Source: Branchiostoma floridae | Lineage: Eukaryota | DNA length: 64,000 bases | NCBI RefSeq assembly: GCF_015852565.1 | Contig: NC_136205.1 | Coordinates: 3,066,707-3,130,706 of the forward strand | Direction of reading: 5' to 3' | In this document: piece after piece, positions 13,101-21,673 of the stretch | Numbering within the stretch: position 1 is the first letter of the stretch | Layout: the number at the start of each line of letters is the position of its first letter | Made by a program: the position numbers and the translations under genes | Notes under the pieces: model-generated | Databases searched by the model: none | Told to the model about the DNA's origin: nothing | What the model saw: only the letters and a program-made list of their open reading frames with translations

Positions 13101-16100
13101 GAAATCACTAGCGATCTCGCCCCCCCGGGGCGAAATCACTAGCGATCTCGCCCTCCCCGGCTAGTGATCTCGCCCCCCTACCTCGCCCCCCTTTAGCGAT
13201 TTCGCCCCCCCCCCAAAAAAAAACGGTTTTACATGACATTTTAAAAGTTGATTGGTATAAATCACAAAATTCAGTTTCAGAATGATATAAGTACATGCGT
13301 TTGATACATAACTCCATTTATAGTATCAATATTAACGTAATTACATGGTAATAAGATAGTTGAACTTGTTTCAGACAAGGAGGGTTGGGTCCCTTGTATT
13401 CCAATTATTGCATATACCTGAGTCTTGACATAAGATGTATTTCATTGTATTCACCTGTCCTCAAGCAACCTATATATCTCCAATATGAAGTTTCTACCAT
13501 GAAGTGACCACAAAATAACTATGTAATGTCTTTATTAATTATGCAAATATTAGGTATTAATTAGAATAACGCACATTTTGGTATATGCACCTGGCCAAGG
13601 GATATCTTCACCTCCAACATGACTGTTTTTTCTAGTATTTAGGAACTGATGCATTTACCCTTGTTTCTTAAGACTGATACTTTACCAGTGTTTGTGTAGC
13701 ATTTAGCAACAGCTATATCAACTTGCGCGTAGATAGTGTTTATAATGAGAAACTATTATTCACGTGTGTTTTTGTTAGTGCTTTGGAAATGTTTCCAGCA
13801 CAAGAAAGAAAACACTGTGACAAATTGAAAACATATAGCTGACGTATTCCGTACCATAGACGGTGTTGATTTATACGTTCGCAGTAGCACTGTTTTTATG
13901 CCACCTCAGCTGCAAAAATTGTCTTTTTCATTTCAATGTTATGTTTGTACCGAACAATATAGTATCGACTTTCGAGGTATGACATCTTACGGTACGGTAA
14001 TAAGGTGCCATATAGGTACCAGGTAACACACCATATACATTACTCCCCAGGTGCAGTATAGTGCCAGGTAGCGCACCTGTAATATGTAGTAACCAGCTGC
14101 TTTGGGGGGGGGGGGCGAAAACGCTAAAGGGGGGCGAAAACGCTAGTGATCTCGCCCCCCGGGGGGGGCGAGATCACAGGGGGGGCGAGATCGCTGTCAC
14201 ACCTGGCTTTTTTGGTCATCCCTGGACCGGGGGGGGGGGGCTTTTGAGGCCCTCCACTTCTAAGTCCTCTAACTCTCGAACGACGTGCCGTAAGGCCACC
14301 AAATTTTCAGGACATTTTATCGACATAATATCTGACAAGTATTTGGCGTTTGACGTTACGTTGACGTAAGATGACGTAATTATGACGTCATCAATTTGAT
14401 TATATTGGCCGGACCCATGAAAAAGGGTATTCTCAGAAAACTTCAAGTTATACTACAAAAATGTAACAATAAGTGCAGATAACAGAATAATAATGTTTAT
14501 TTCGACTTGTATTGCCAATAGCACCATCGATGACGTCATAATGACGTAAAAAAAATGACGTCATGCACATCTAAGATACGAGATAGGCTCCGCCATATTA
14601 TATCCACCACCTTGAATTTTTAAAACTTCTTTTTTTGCAACAAATAATCACAAAGGGCAATGGAAATAGACTACATTCATTCATTTAGATAGTTTTTGAT
14701 GAAAAAATACCAGGTAGTTACAAATTTTAAGGGAAAATAAGCTTGTTATTCTTGATCTGGCCATACGGTCCGCCATCTTGGATTTTGGGCTGATGACGTC
14801 ATCAAATTAGCATAATTTATGCATATATAATTATGAAAGATATGCTAAATAATATAAGATTTTATTTATGTAACAAATTAGCAGTAATATAGCAAATAAA
14901 TGTGAAAAATACATTGTTAGAACCAAAAATAGTGATTTTTGGCAAAACTGCCTGTCAGCAAACGGTTGCCATGGCAACACGAAAAATTGGAAGATTTGTC
15001 AAACTTCGCAAAATTGTTGCCAACAATATTTTAGGAAAACTCACCAAATTTGGTGGCTTTAGCGTAAGGCGTTCTGGCGTTATAGGACATCGAAGTTAGC
15101 GCGGGCCCCAAAAGCCCCCCCCCCCCCCGGTCTGAATAGGGTTAAACGCTGAAGGAAGTGTTTTTTATCAATAGATGATATATCAATGAATACATAACCA
15201 TTGGCAAAATTTCACTTATAAGATATGTTTTAAGTTTTTAAGTAAAAAAAAAACCCAGTCGTATAGGAAAACACACTGGGAATCATAAATGCAATCCCTG
15301 TTTTCTGAGATTGAATCATAAAAGTAATAAATATAGCATGATTAAACTATCAGACAAAGTAGTTAATATATGGAGAAATAACATTATTTTAAATTATAGA
15401 GGTACACATTGTATAGATAGTACTGTACACATAGTACTGTACGTAACTTAGCAACACACAATGTTTGCGAAAAAAACCTTCCAAATTGAAAAAAATGACG
15501 TTATTCTGATGTGTGTTTAAGTGCACTCTCGTTCTAAGAGCCAACACTTTCTCTCTCTTAAAGTATTATCAAAAATACATTTTCTACACTTTCTCTTCTT
15601 CAGAGAATGCTCTATGTGATTTCCCCTCTTAACCTATTTCCATGTCAGATATTTCTGGCCAAAACTCAAAACAGAAGAGCACAGTGATTCAAGACTCCAT
15701 TGTGCAAAACATTTGATATCGCCGCCATTGTAAAAAATCAAGGCCCCCTAGCCCCCACACTCGAGTGCTCTTGTAGATAAACACGTGATGAGATCCGGCT
15801 CTAACAATACAACATCGAAAACCTAATATGCCACTTGACCAATAAGCATCGCCCTTATAGAGACAAGACGCCACCTTTTGGCAAGAGGATTATGATAGAG
15901 AGCCCTCCATAGGTCAATTAGCCATTCCATGTTGTTGCTAAGCAACCAGCAATTACGTCTGTTGTCACTGACATGATCGAAGGAATCGATAAAAAACTAC
16001 GCTTTATTCGGGTTGAAGTTGTCAGTTTTTCCATAGTTATTTGTTTCTATACTACTGCCAGGAGAATTGTTTTCATTTTGAAACTACACAATGGTCCAAA

Positions 16101-17808
16101 AAGGATGTTTTTTTGATAAGTAAAGTGCTTGTAAAAATATAACTAGCTCAATAAATGTTGAGTCGTGCCCTTTTCGTAGTCATGTCATTAATACTCTGCC
16201 AACGATGCTGTTGATTGTTCTAGACGTCGTTTCTACGTGGTTTTATATTACCAACATGCGTCTCTTTAACGTGGTAATATCGCTGTAGATGAGATGGAAA
16301 ACAATCAAAAACAGGATTCTGACAAACTTGAAAAGGGTTATCAATTACAGGACAAACGCAGTGCTAAAACACTGTAACCATCACATAGCCGAACATGGCC
16401 TTCCGACCTTCGCTAGACCACTGTTGATAGTCGTGAGCAAGGTCATTTGTGATTGGGAGATGGTCTGGAGATCGTCTTGTATAAAAATAAGTTTTTTCGT
16501 CGTATGCACCAGCCGTTCGTGTGCAATATACTTTGAAAAAGAAAAGTCGGAAAATTCATATTCTGCTTGTATACTGTTAGAGGATCGAACTGTATCTAGA
16601 AAGACTGGATCCAAGTATACTTTCAAAAAAGAACTAAATACTTTTTTTTTACATGAAATCGAAACGAAATACCTTGCCATCAGGTCTTACATTTGAATAC
16701 ATATTTATTTGCAATAATACAGAAATAGCTAAGTTTACTCATGAGCCATTATTGTTGTTTAGTAAATAAAATCTTCAGGTCTAATTTGCATTTCTCTATG
16801 GTATTTTGAACTGAATTGACCAAACGAAAGTTTCCGTACTTTTGTTGAGTCAATATCAATAAACCGTCACTGTGATACAAAGTTTTTCGTACTACCAAAA
16901 TGTATTGTTGAGCCAAATGTGCATAGTGCTACGAGGGGCGTTCAAGAAGTAATCCACCTGACCCATTTCCCAAAGGAGGAGATTAATGAAACTTGGTGCA
17001 GTTATTAGTCTTTCTCTTCATAGGAATCACCCAGAGTTATGCATTTCTACCATCGTTTGATGCAGCTCTGTACACCGTTTTTGTAGGACGCCCCAGGTTG
17101 GTCCTGCAACAGATGCCTCATCAATGGCAGAAGAGGGACGACCAGGTCTGGGAGCTGTTTCCACAGACTTCCGGCCATGTTTGAATTCACAATGCCAGCG
17201 TTTTACAAGGTCATATGATGGGGAATCATCACCATAAGTTTCTTTTATTTCATCAAAAGTCTCATTTGGTGTGCGTCCTTTCAAATACAAAAACCGGATC
17301 ACTGCGCGACACTCAACTGGCTTCATTTCACACCTGGTCCATTTCACACCTGACTCAGTTCAAACACCTTTAAATCAAAAACCAAAATTAGTTCAGAGCT
17401 GTTTTTTGCAACATAACCCATAGAGATATGAATCATTACATATGCAAAATTTCATCTAGATCAGACAACTGGAAGTGGGTCAGGTGGATTACTTCTTGAA
17501 CGCCCCTCGATAGCTATAAAATGTGAATGACGAAAAGAAATCTTCTAGCAGCCAATGAGCTTCTTTAGTTTGAATGACTCAGCAAAATTATTGGTTAGAA
17601 ACTAAATTTTAGCGCTCCTAACTGTAATAAAGAAATTGATATTAAATTATAAGAGCTCAAGCATATCGCAGATCAGTGACCGCACACTGAACATAATGTG
17701 TAGTAAAAAAGTAAAAGCCTAACAAATGAATAAACAAAACAGATTAAACTCACCACATGTTGTCCAGAGAAGAATAAAGGTGCTAGAGAAAAGCAAAAGG
17801 TTGATCAT
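664..17808 (-). CDS. Gene model (25 coding exons): type-I membrane protein. Signal peptide, Tie/TEK-like Ig-Ig-EGFx3 module, 17 further EGF/cbEGF repeats, TM helix, about 95 aa Lys-rich tail. No kinase domain.
   Basis: All exons listed below join into one open frame. EGF exons are all phase 1-1 with canonical AG/GT. ATG at 17808-17806, stop at 666-664. Similarity to the TEK ectodomain and to fibropellin/Notch-type cbEGFs was judged by eye. Confidence 0.85.
1610..1744 (-). CDS. Tie-like/EGF gene exon 24: EGF-like repeat
   Basis: rc: [45 protein letters not shown]. Acceptor ctatag, donor gtacgt. Phase 1-1. Confidence 0.8.
1936..2160. repeat. Intronic inverted repeat (48-bp arms)
   Basis: tgaataaagagaatctttttacacaaccagtgctttattctcaccgac at 1936-1983. 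Its reverse complement lies at 2113-2160. Confidence 0.8.
2770..2940 (-). CDS. Tie-like/EGF gene exon 23: EGF-like repeat with N-terminal linker
   Basis: rc: [57 protein letters not shown]. Acceptor ccatccag, donor gtacgt. Phase 1-1. Confidence 0.8.
2931..3360. repeat. Tandem minisatellite, about 4 units of 117-129 bp; the first unit contains the exon 23 acceptor boundary
   Basis: Unit starts gcatcatctg / gcatcttctg / acatcatctg / gcatcatctg at 2931, 3049, 3166 and 3295. Shared core: caaaatcgtgttccga. Confidence 0.8.
3591..3704 (-). CDS. Tie-like/EGF gene exon 22: EGF-like repeat
   Basis: rc: [38 protein letters not shown]. 114 nt, AG/gtaag, phase 1-1. Confidence 0.85.
3954..4064 (-). CDS. 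Tie-like/EGF gene exon 21: cbEGF repeat
   Basis: rc: [37 protein letters not shown]. 111 nt, ttttgcag/gtaagg. Confidence 0.85.
4164..4277 (-). CDS. Tie-like/EGF gene exon 20: cbEGF repeat
   Basis: rc: [38 protein letters not shown]. 114 nt, tttacag/gtgagg. Confidence 0.85.
4405..4518 (-). CDS. Tie-like/EGF gene exon 19: cbEGF repeat
   Basis: rc: [38 protein letters not shown]. 114 nt, ttttcag/gtagta. Confidence 0.85.
4688..4801 (-). CDS. Tie-like/EGF gene exon 18: EGF repeat (not in the ORF track because shorter than 60 aa)
   Basis: rc: [38 protein letters not shown]. 114 nt, gttgcag/gtgcgt. Confidence 0.8.
4924..5037 (-). CDS. Tie-like/EGF gene exon 17: cbEGF repeat
   Basis: rc: [38 protein letters not shown]. 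114 nt, cccag/gtacca. Confidence 0.85.
5166..5279 (-). CDS. Tie-like/EGF gene exon 16: cbEGF repeat (tandem cassette array)
   Basis: rc: [38 protein letters not shown]. 114 nt, ttgcag/gtaag. Confidence 0.8.
5401..5514 (-). CDS. Tie-like/EGF gene exon 15: cbEGF repeat (tandem cassette array)
   Basis: rc: [38 protein letters not shown]. 114 nt, tttcag/gtaag. Confidence 0.8.
5634..5747 (-). CDS. Tie-like/EGF gene exon 14: cbEGF repeat (tandem cassette array)
   Basis: rc: [38 protein letters not shown]. The track ORF 5595..5813 is the wrong frame of this exon. Confidence 0.8.
5881..5994 (-). CDS. Tie-like/EGF gene exon 13: cbEGF repeat (tandem cassette array)
   Basis: rc: [38 protein letters not shown]. 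114 nt, tttcag/gtaag. Confidence 0.85.
6103..6216 (-). CDS. Tie-like/EGF gene exon 12: cbEGF repeat (tandem cassette array)
   Basis: rc: [38 protein letters not shown]. The track ORF 6046..6255 is the wrong frame. Confidence 0.8.
6271..6400. mobile_element. Interspersed repeat family B (catccaggtaata...caactgg hairpin element), intronic copy
   Basis: Similar to 8363-8535 and 25835-26005, and to 41405-41535 in reverse. Internal hairpin: gttactcaa..caactgg..ccagttg..agtaac. Confidence 0.6.
6455..6568 (-). CDS. Tie-like/EGF gene exon 11: cbEGF repeat
   Basis: rc: [38 protein letters not shown]. 114 nt, ctcag/gtaag. Confidence 0.8.
6826..7038. mobile_element. MITE family A, full copy (about 213 bp) in an intron
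   Basis: Terminal inverted repeats: tactgtaaatgcagaaatgttcgcgg ... ccgcgaacttaaatgcatttacagta. Confidence 0.8.
7117..7230 (-). CDS. Tie-like/EGF gene exon 10: cbEGF repeat
   Basis: rc: [38 protein letters not shown]. 114 nt, ccag/gtaaaa. The track ORF 7021..7227 is the wrong frame. Confidence 0.8.
7552..7665 (-). CDS. Tie-like/EGF gene exon 9: cbEGF repeat
   Basis: rc: [38 protein letters not shown]. 114 nt, aaacag/gtactg. Confidence 0.85.
8056..8181 (-). CDS. Tie-like/EGF gene exon 8: EGF repeat
   Basis: rc: [42 protein letters not shown]. 126 nt, cgacag/gtaagt. Confidence 0.8.
8363..8535 (+). mobile_element. Interspersed repeat family B copy
   Basis: gttagacatccaggtaataagata..gttactc..caactgga..ttttggaaacggtcagacgtt is nearly colinear with 25835-26005. 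Confidence 0.7.
8615..8752 (-). CDS. Tie-like/EGF gene exon 7: Tie-type EGF 3
   Basis: rc: [46 protein letters not shown]. Compare TEK [41 protein letters not shown]. 138 nt, phase 1-1. Confidence 0.85.
9466..9618 (-). CDS. Tie-like/EGF gene exon 6: Tie-type EGF 2
   Basis: rc: [50 protein letters not shown]. Compare [50 protein letters not shown]. 153 nt. Confidence 0.85.
10004..10135 (-). CDS. Tie-like/EGF gene exon 5: Tie-type EGF 1
   Basis: rc: [44 protein letters not shown]. Compare [47 protein letters not shown]. 132 nt, ctttag/gtaaga. Confidence 0.85.
10619..10745 (-). CDS. Tie-like/EGF gene exon 4: second half of Ig-like domain 2
   Basis: rc: [42 protein letters not shown] (Ig YxC motif). 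Compare TEK DAGVYSARYIGG...TRLIVRR. cacag/gtacac. Confidence 0.8.
11172..11287 (-). CDS. Tie-like/EGF gene exon 3: first half of Ig-like domain 2
   Basis: rc: [38 protein letters not shown]. Compare TEK [22 protein letters not shown]. ggcag/gtgaga. Confidence 0.8.
11360..11900 (+). mobile_element. tRNA-derived SINE-like element in an intron
   Basis: tRNA-like head with a T-arm box (ggggttcaaatcc at 11419-11431), followed by a body. The body's 11567-11815 segment recurs at 23247-23545. Confidence 0.65.
11969..12399. mobile_element. MITE with gggctgggtatcggtac / gtaccggtacccacccc termini
   Basis: Terminal inverted repeats at 11969-11990 and 12380-12399. The interior is rich in ggacc/ggtcc palindromes. 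Confidence 0.6.
12715..12990 (-). CDS. Tie-like/EGF gene exon 2: Tie-type N-terminal Ig-like domain 1
   Basis: rc: [92 protein letters not shown]. Compare TEK [27 protein letters not shown]. cccag/gtaaaa. Confidence 0.8.
13041..15141. mobile_element. Non-autonomous piggyBac-type element (composite), in intron 1 of the Tie-like gene
   Basis: 15-bp perfect TIR ccctattcagaccgg / ccggtctgaataggg. Flanked by TTAA on both sides (13037-13040 and 15142-15145). Subterminal gcgatctcgcc repeats. No transposase ORF. Confidence 0.75.
16932..17509 (-). mobile_element. Internally deleted mariner/Tc1-type element
   Basis: About 33-bp TIRs (cgaggggcgttcaagaagtaatccacctgaccc and its reverse complement). The residual ORF 17027..17347 encodes a mariner N-terminal HTH ([60 protein letters not shown]). 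Confidence 0.8.
17754..17808 (-). CDS. Tie-like/EGF gene exon 1: start codon and signal peptide
   Basis: rc: ATG ATC AAC... = [18 protein letters not shown], a hydrophobic signal peptide. Donor gtgagt at 17753. Phase 1 matches exon 2. Confidence 0.7.
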
Positions 17809-17838
17809 TTTGAAATCACATCGAGGAATGTGTTAAAG

Positions 17839-17844
17839 TTTATA
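17839..17844 (-). promoter_or_regulatory. Candidate TATA box (TATAAA on the minus strand) about 30 nt upstream of the Tie-like ATG
   Basis: Plus strand reads tttata. Position only, with no transcript evidence. It would imply a very short 5'UTR. Confidence 0.2.
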
Positions 17845-18329
17845 CAGTAACACCGTTCTGTGTACTGTGGTGACTTCTAAATAGGGACTGGTGGCGAATT
17901 ATGCTGGGAACTTGTGCCTGATGTGCTTTAGTGCGCATGGGTGAAGAGGGGACACTTTTGGACATCCGTAAGTTGTCATTGTTGCGGTAAACAAGTGTCG
18001 TTCGTTACGGTTGGATAGGTGGCAAGGGTAGGGATCGTCTGGAAATATCCGCATTTTGCTTTAAGGTCCTTTAGGGGAAATATTTTACAGTGTGTTCGTG
18101 TTGTGTATAGTGTCCAAGCAGACGTCTCAGCTGGATGACAAAAGAGAAGAATTTTGCCAGATTGGGTCAAATAAGTTGCCAGGTGAATTCAGTCTGTCTT
18201 TTGCAGCATATCAAGCTATCCGTCGGTCAGTTCACTCCTAGGCCAATCAACTCCTACTAGAATTTATTGCTAACTTAGCCAAAGTCCCCTATTCGACCAG
18301 GCCGGAGTCTGGTAGAGACTTTTAACGGG

Positions 18330-18488
18330 TACAATAGAAGCCAACCAATTGCACAGCGGATTAACGCACACTTCTGTTAACTGCACCGAATTCCAAAATC
18401 CCAAACCTGTACGGTCCAGCTGAATTCGCATTATTGCACCAGCCGGATAGTTGCACGAAATATGCTGGCAAATAGGCTGTGCAATTAA
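18330..18488. mobile_element. MITE family C (acagtagaagcc termini), left part of a copy split by a piggyBac-type insertion; the remainder is at 19697-19712
   Basis: Colinear with the intact copy at 33018-33185. It breaks exactly at its internal TTAA (gtgcaattaa). Confidence 0.7.
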
Positions 18489-19692
18489 CCCTCAAGCACC
18501 CGACCTTTATTTGCGACTAAAATGACCGAGTGGGGTCCAAACGGACCCCAAAATGTTTTGTTCATGAAATCACAGTTCCAATTACTATCGGTGATCATTG
18601 TACATACATTGCTTCGTCAATGTAAGAGGAATATTTTGACATGCTAAGGTGTTGATAATTCTACCTCATTATCATAATTTATGCAAAAGATCAGAAGGAC
18701 CATGTTTTGCACTAAACCTATTCTGACCAGAGAGGGGAATTTTGAGGCCCTCACTGCCTCAGCAACTTTTATGTCGCGTAACTCATGAACGGCTAGTGCT
18801 AAATCTACGAAACTTGGTGATATATCACAAAATATTGTTAGCAAAATTTTTTTTGTCAATAAAGTAAATTTATCTTGATTTGGGGTTGTCATGGCAACGG
18901 AATTCTGACAGGCATATTTTTGCAAAACTTTTCCAATTTCGATTAAAAAAAGGTTTTCTTAGTAAACCATGCTCATTTTCTTACAACAATAAAATTCTAT
19001 GAAGTTCAATGCTATTTACATGATTTAAAATTTATAATTTATGCTAATTTCATGACGTCATTAGTCAAAATCCAAAATGGCCGCCCTTTTAGCAAAATGA
19101 CGTCATAATGTCGTTATATTATATTTAACAATCTTTATTGACACGACAAAAGTATTATATGGTGATGACACAGAAGTTTTTATGAGGATTTAGTTTTACA
19201 TGCTTATTATCCCCTGAAATTTTGGTGGTGATAGGATAAGTAGTTAGGGAGTTAGACTCAAAAGTTTGTTTCAAAAGCTGCACTTTTTGGCTGGGGTCCG
19301 TTTGGACCCCAGACGGACTGATCACAGACTTTCTTTATACAGTCAAACCTGTCTATAGTGGCCACTCAAGGGACCGGACAAATGTGGCCATTATAGACAG
19401 GTGGTCTCTGTATAGAGGTGGCAACTTGTAGATAAAATACCCAAGGGACCGACAAAAAGTGGCCACTATGGACAGGTGGCCCCTCTGTAGAGGTGGCCCC
19501 TAATACAGGTTTGACTGTACCTTTGTAGCTTCCACAGTATTGTACCAATCTTCATAAAAACTTAGGAAAAGGTATAGAAGATAAAGGCTGACAAAGTCAC
19601 GGAAGGAATTTTTCTTCAGATAAAAAATGTTCAAATGGTACTTAAAAATTTACGCCTGGGGTCCAAATGGACCCCACTCGGGTGTTTGAGGG
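18489..19692. mobile_element. Non-autonomous piggyBac-type element between the two head-to-head genes
   Basis: TIR ccctcaagcacccga / tcgggtgtttgaggg (14 of 15 match). TTAA on both flanks (18485-18488 and 19693-19696). Subterminal gagtggggtccaaacggacccc inverted repeats. Confidence 0.75.
19341..19517. mobile_element. Palindromic MITE nested inside the 18489-19692 element
   Basis: Termini cagtcaaacctgt ... acaggtttgactg. The internal ggccac/gtggcc repeats fold back. Confidence 0.6.
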
Positions 19693-19699
19693 TTAAACG

Positions 19700-19960
19700 G
19701 CTTTACTGTACTAGTATGGCGTAACTGTGGAGTGTCCGGCTTAGAACGACCGTGCTGTTTGCAAACATATCGCTAGATGTCGCCCTTGCACCGTGACCTA
19801 TTGTTGTCATGTGACGTGTTTGTTGACGATGAGGTCATAGCCCGAAATGGGAAGTTTTGTAGTTGTGCGAGTTCTTGCAGCTGCGTTGTCATCTTTATCG
19901 ACGTGTGCGAGCTTGCAGACGTCTTTATAGCGAGTGCGGAGCTCCTCAAAGATTCTTAAG
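19700..19960 (+). other. PARP4: Putative non-coding first exon (5'UTR) of the PARP4-like gene
   Basis: CpG-containing segment ending in a strong donor (cttaag|gtacgtag at 19960/19961). The coding exon 1 ATG sits directly on an acceptor, so an upstream UTR exon is required. The 5' limit is unknown. Confidence 0.3.
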
Positions 19961-20586
19961 GTACGTAGACTGAAGGCTTATGATTACAAGTCGTAGTATA
20001 ACTGATCTCTTTCATACTTCATGATGCTAGACGACTTGAGCTGCAATGCTTATTGCTTTGGTCATGGATACGTTTCAGAACCATGCATAAGAATTGTTGT
20101 ATATAGCAATTTTCACACCAAGGTGCTGAGATAGAATAGCTGATGGATATGGTTAAACTTCTGACTTCTTTTTTGCATACATAAGTAAGCCAGCGTAAAT
20201 TACAGCAGCTTATTTTTTAAAGATCATTCTTAAATCGTCTTTCCCAATTTATGTTCACTGTTACTTCCGGGTTTGGCGTTTCAAGTAAGTTGTTCTTACC
20301 GGCAAGTTGTGACTTAAGCAACATTTATTCCGCGACTTTGAGACTTCATTTATGCTCTAGTTTCAGAAAAAAAGTTTCTGTATTTTGCAGAAGGTAATTT
20401 GCATGCGCATGAGCATTGTATATTTAATAGCTAGAATAATATATTCATCATACCTCTAAACGTTAACTTACAATACTTGAGTACTGTGTTATTATGAGTG
20501 CATGTGTGTGTGTGTAGCCTTCATCACAGGCTCCAGCGGGGATGGCTGTTATTTTAGGTGTGTGTGTGTGTGTGGGGGGGGGGGTC

Positions 20587-21020
20587 TCTAGAGTTTCAAC
20601 GTTGATTTAATAAGGTTCTCAAATGGGAAAGGCAGCTTGCCGTGGAAAGGCGGTCTGCCTAAACACCACAAACGACCACAAACGACTCAGAAACACCACA
20701 AACGACCACAAACGACTCTAATATGCAGTGTGGCGCTCTGCAAGCACGCATTCATTGACATCGCTTCCATCTTGAAACCGGCGGACTAACTCGAAATAAC
20801 TGGTGAATACGTAGGACTTGCTGCACTCTTTAAATTCATAAATGTGTAAACAATGTCTCCAGAGCGCCACACAAGGTTTTTGACCCATATACACTGCATG
20901 TTAGAGTCGTTTGTGGTCGTTTGTGGTGTTTAGGCACACCCTGGAAGGGTCCAGTTTTGCACCGCTGCTGGTGGCATTATCTAGAACCTTAGTCAACGTT
21001 GAAAGTTGCGAACTACCTTC
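20587..21020. mobile_element. Foldback/MITE-like element with nested inverted repeats
   Basis: The inner arms, aaacaccacaaacgaccacaaacgactc (x2) at 20660-20720, have their reverse complement at 20905-20935. Outer arms are at 20587-20625 and 20980-21020. Confidence 0.6.
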
Positions 21021-21096
21021 CACCACATGGAATAACAGCCAGCCCCATTAGAGTGACTGCAAAGGAGGCTTTAATTCATCTATCGGAGGTCAGTAC

Positions 21097-21437
21097 CAAG
21101 GCTTTAGCCAGCTCGAATTTTTTTTTCCGTCAGCCAATTACAATCGTCGCGAAAACCGCAAAAATTAATTAGAAGGACTGAACTGAGACCTTGAAAAATG
21201 GGTTTTAATGAGATTATCGTATGCGAAAGGGCGCCGACACACATTGCCAACAATCATAACAATAGCAAAACAAACAGTGTGTGGCTTTTACGGCCGTGGA
21301 CGGCGTCCCCAAGCCGCCTGTAGCTTCCACGAAGCATTTTTGTCCGTCAAGGTTGACGGATTGGTTTTAAAATTTTTCTGTCACAGGCAGCAAATTTCCG
21401 TCAATTGACGGAAAAACGGACGCTGGCTAGACCCCTG
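21097..21437. mobile_element. hAT-type MITE (family D), copy 1, about 100 bp upstream of PARP4 coding exon 1
   Basis: TIR caaggctttagccagc / gctggctagacccctg. 8-bp flanks gtcagtac / gtcggtac. Colinear with 27073-27426. Confidence 0.75.
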
Positions 21438-21541
21438 GTCGGTACGCATATAATGATAAATCAAATCAACATGGTGAAGCTATGCAATTGCATTGTACCC
21501 AGCACACTGAGAGTTAACTGTTCAGGCTGCTTTGTCCTCAG

Positions 21542-21673
21542 ATGGGCGTGTTCCGTGGTTGCCAGGTAACCCTGGAGCTGACAGGTGTCACACTTCCATA
21601 TAAGGAGAAGAAGAGGCTGAGGGAACTCGTCACACAGAATGATGGCATCATCTCTTACATCATCAACAAAAAG
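21542..21673 (+). CDS. PARP4: PARP4 exon 1 (BRCT, N-terminal part)
   Basis: [44 protein letters not shown]. Compare human MGIFANCIFCLKVKYLPQQQKKKLQTDIKENGGKF. Acceptor cctcag directly before the ATG. Donor gtcaga. Confidence 0.85.

Noticed and set aside
16289-16696. Overlapping 135-aa (+) and 99-aa (-) ORFs in intron 1 of the Tie-like gene
   Set aside because: No recognisable motifs, AT-rich, no splice context, and mutually overlapping on opposite strands. Most likely chance ORFs or a decayed transposon interior.
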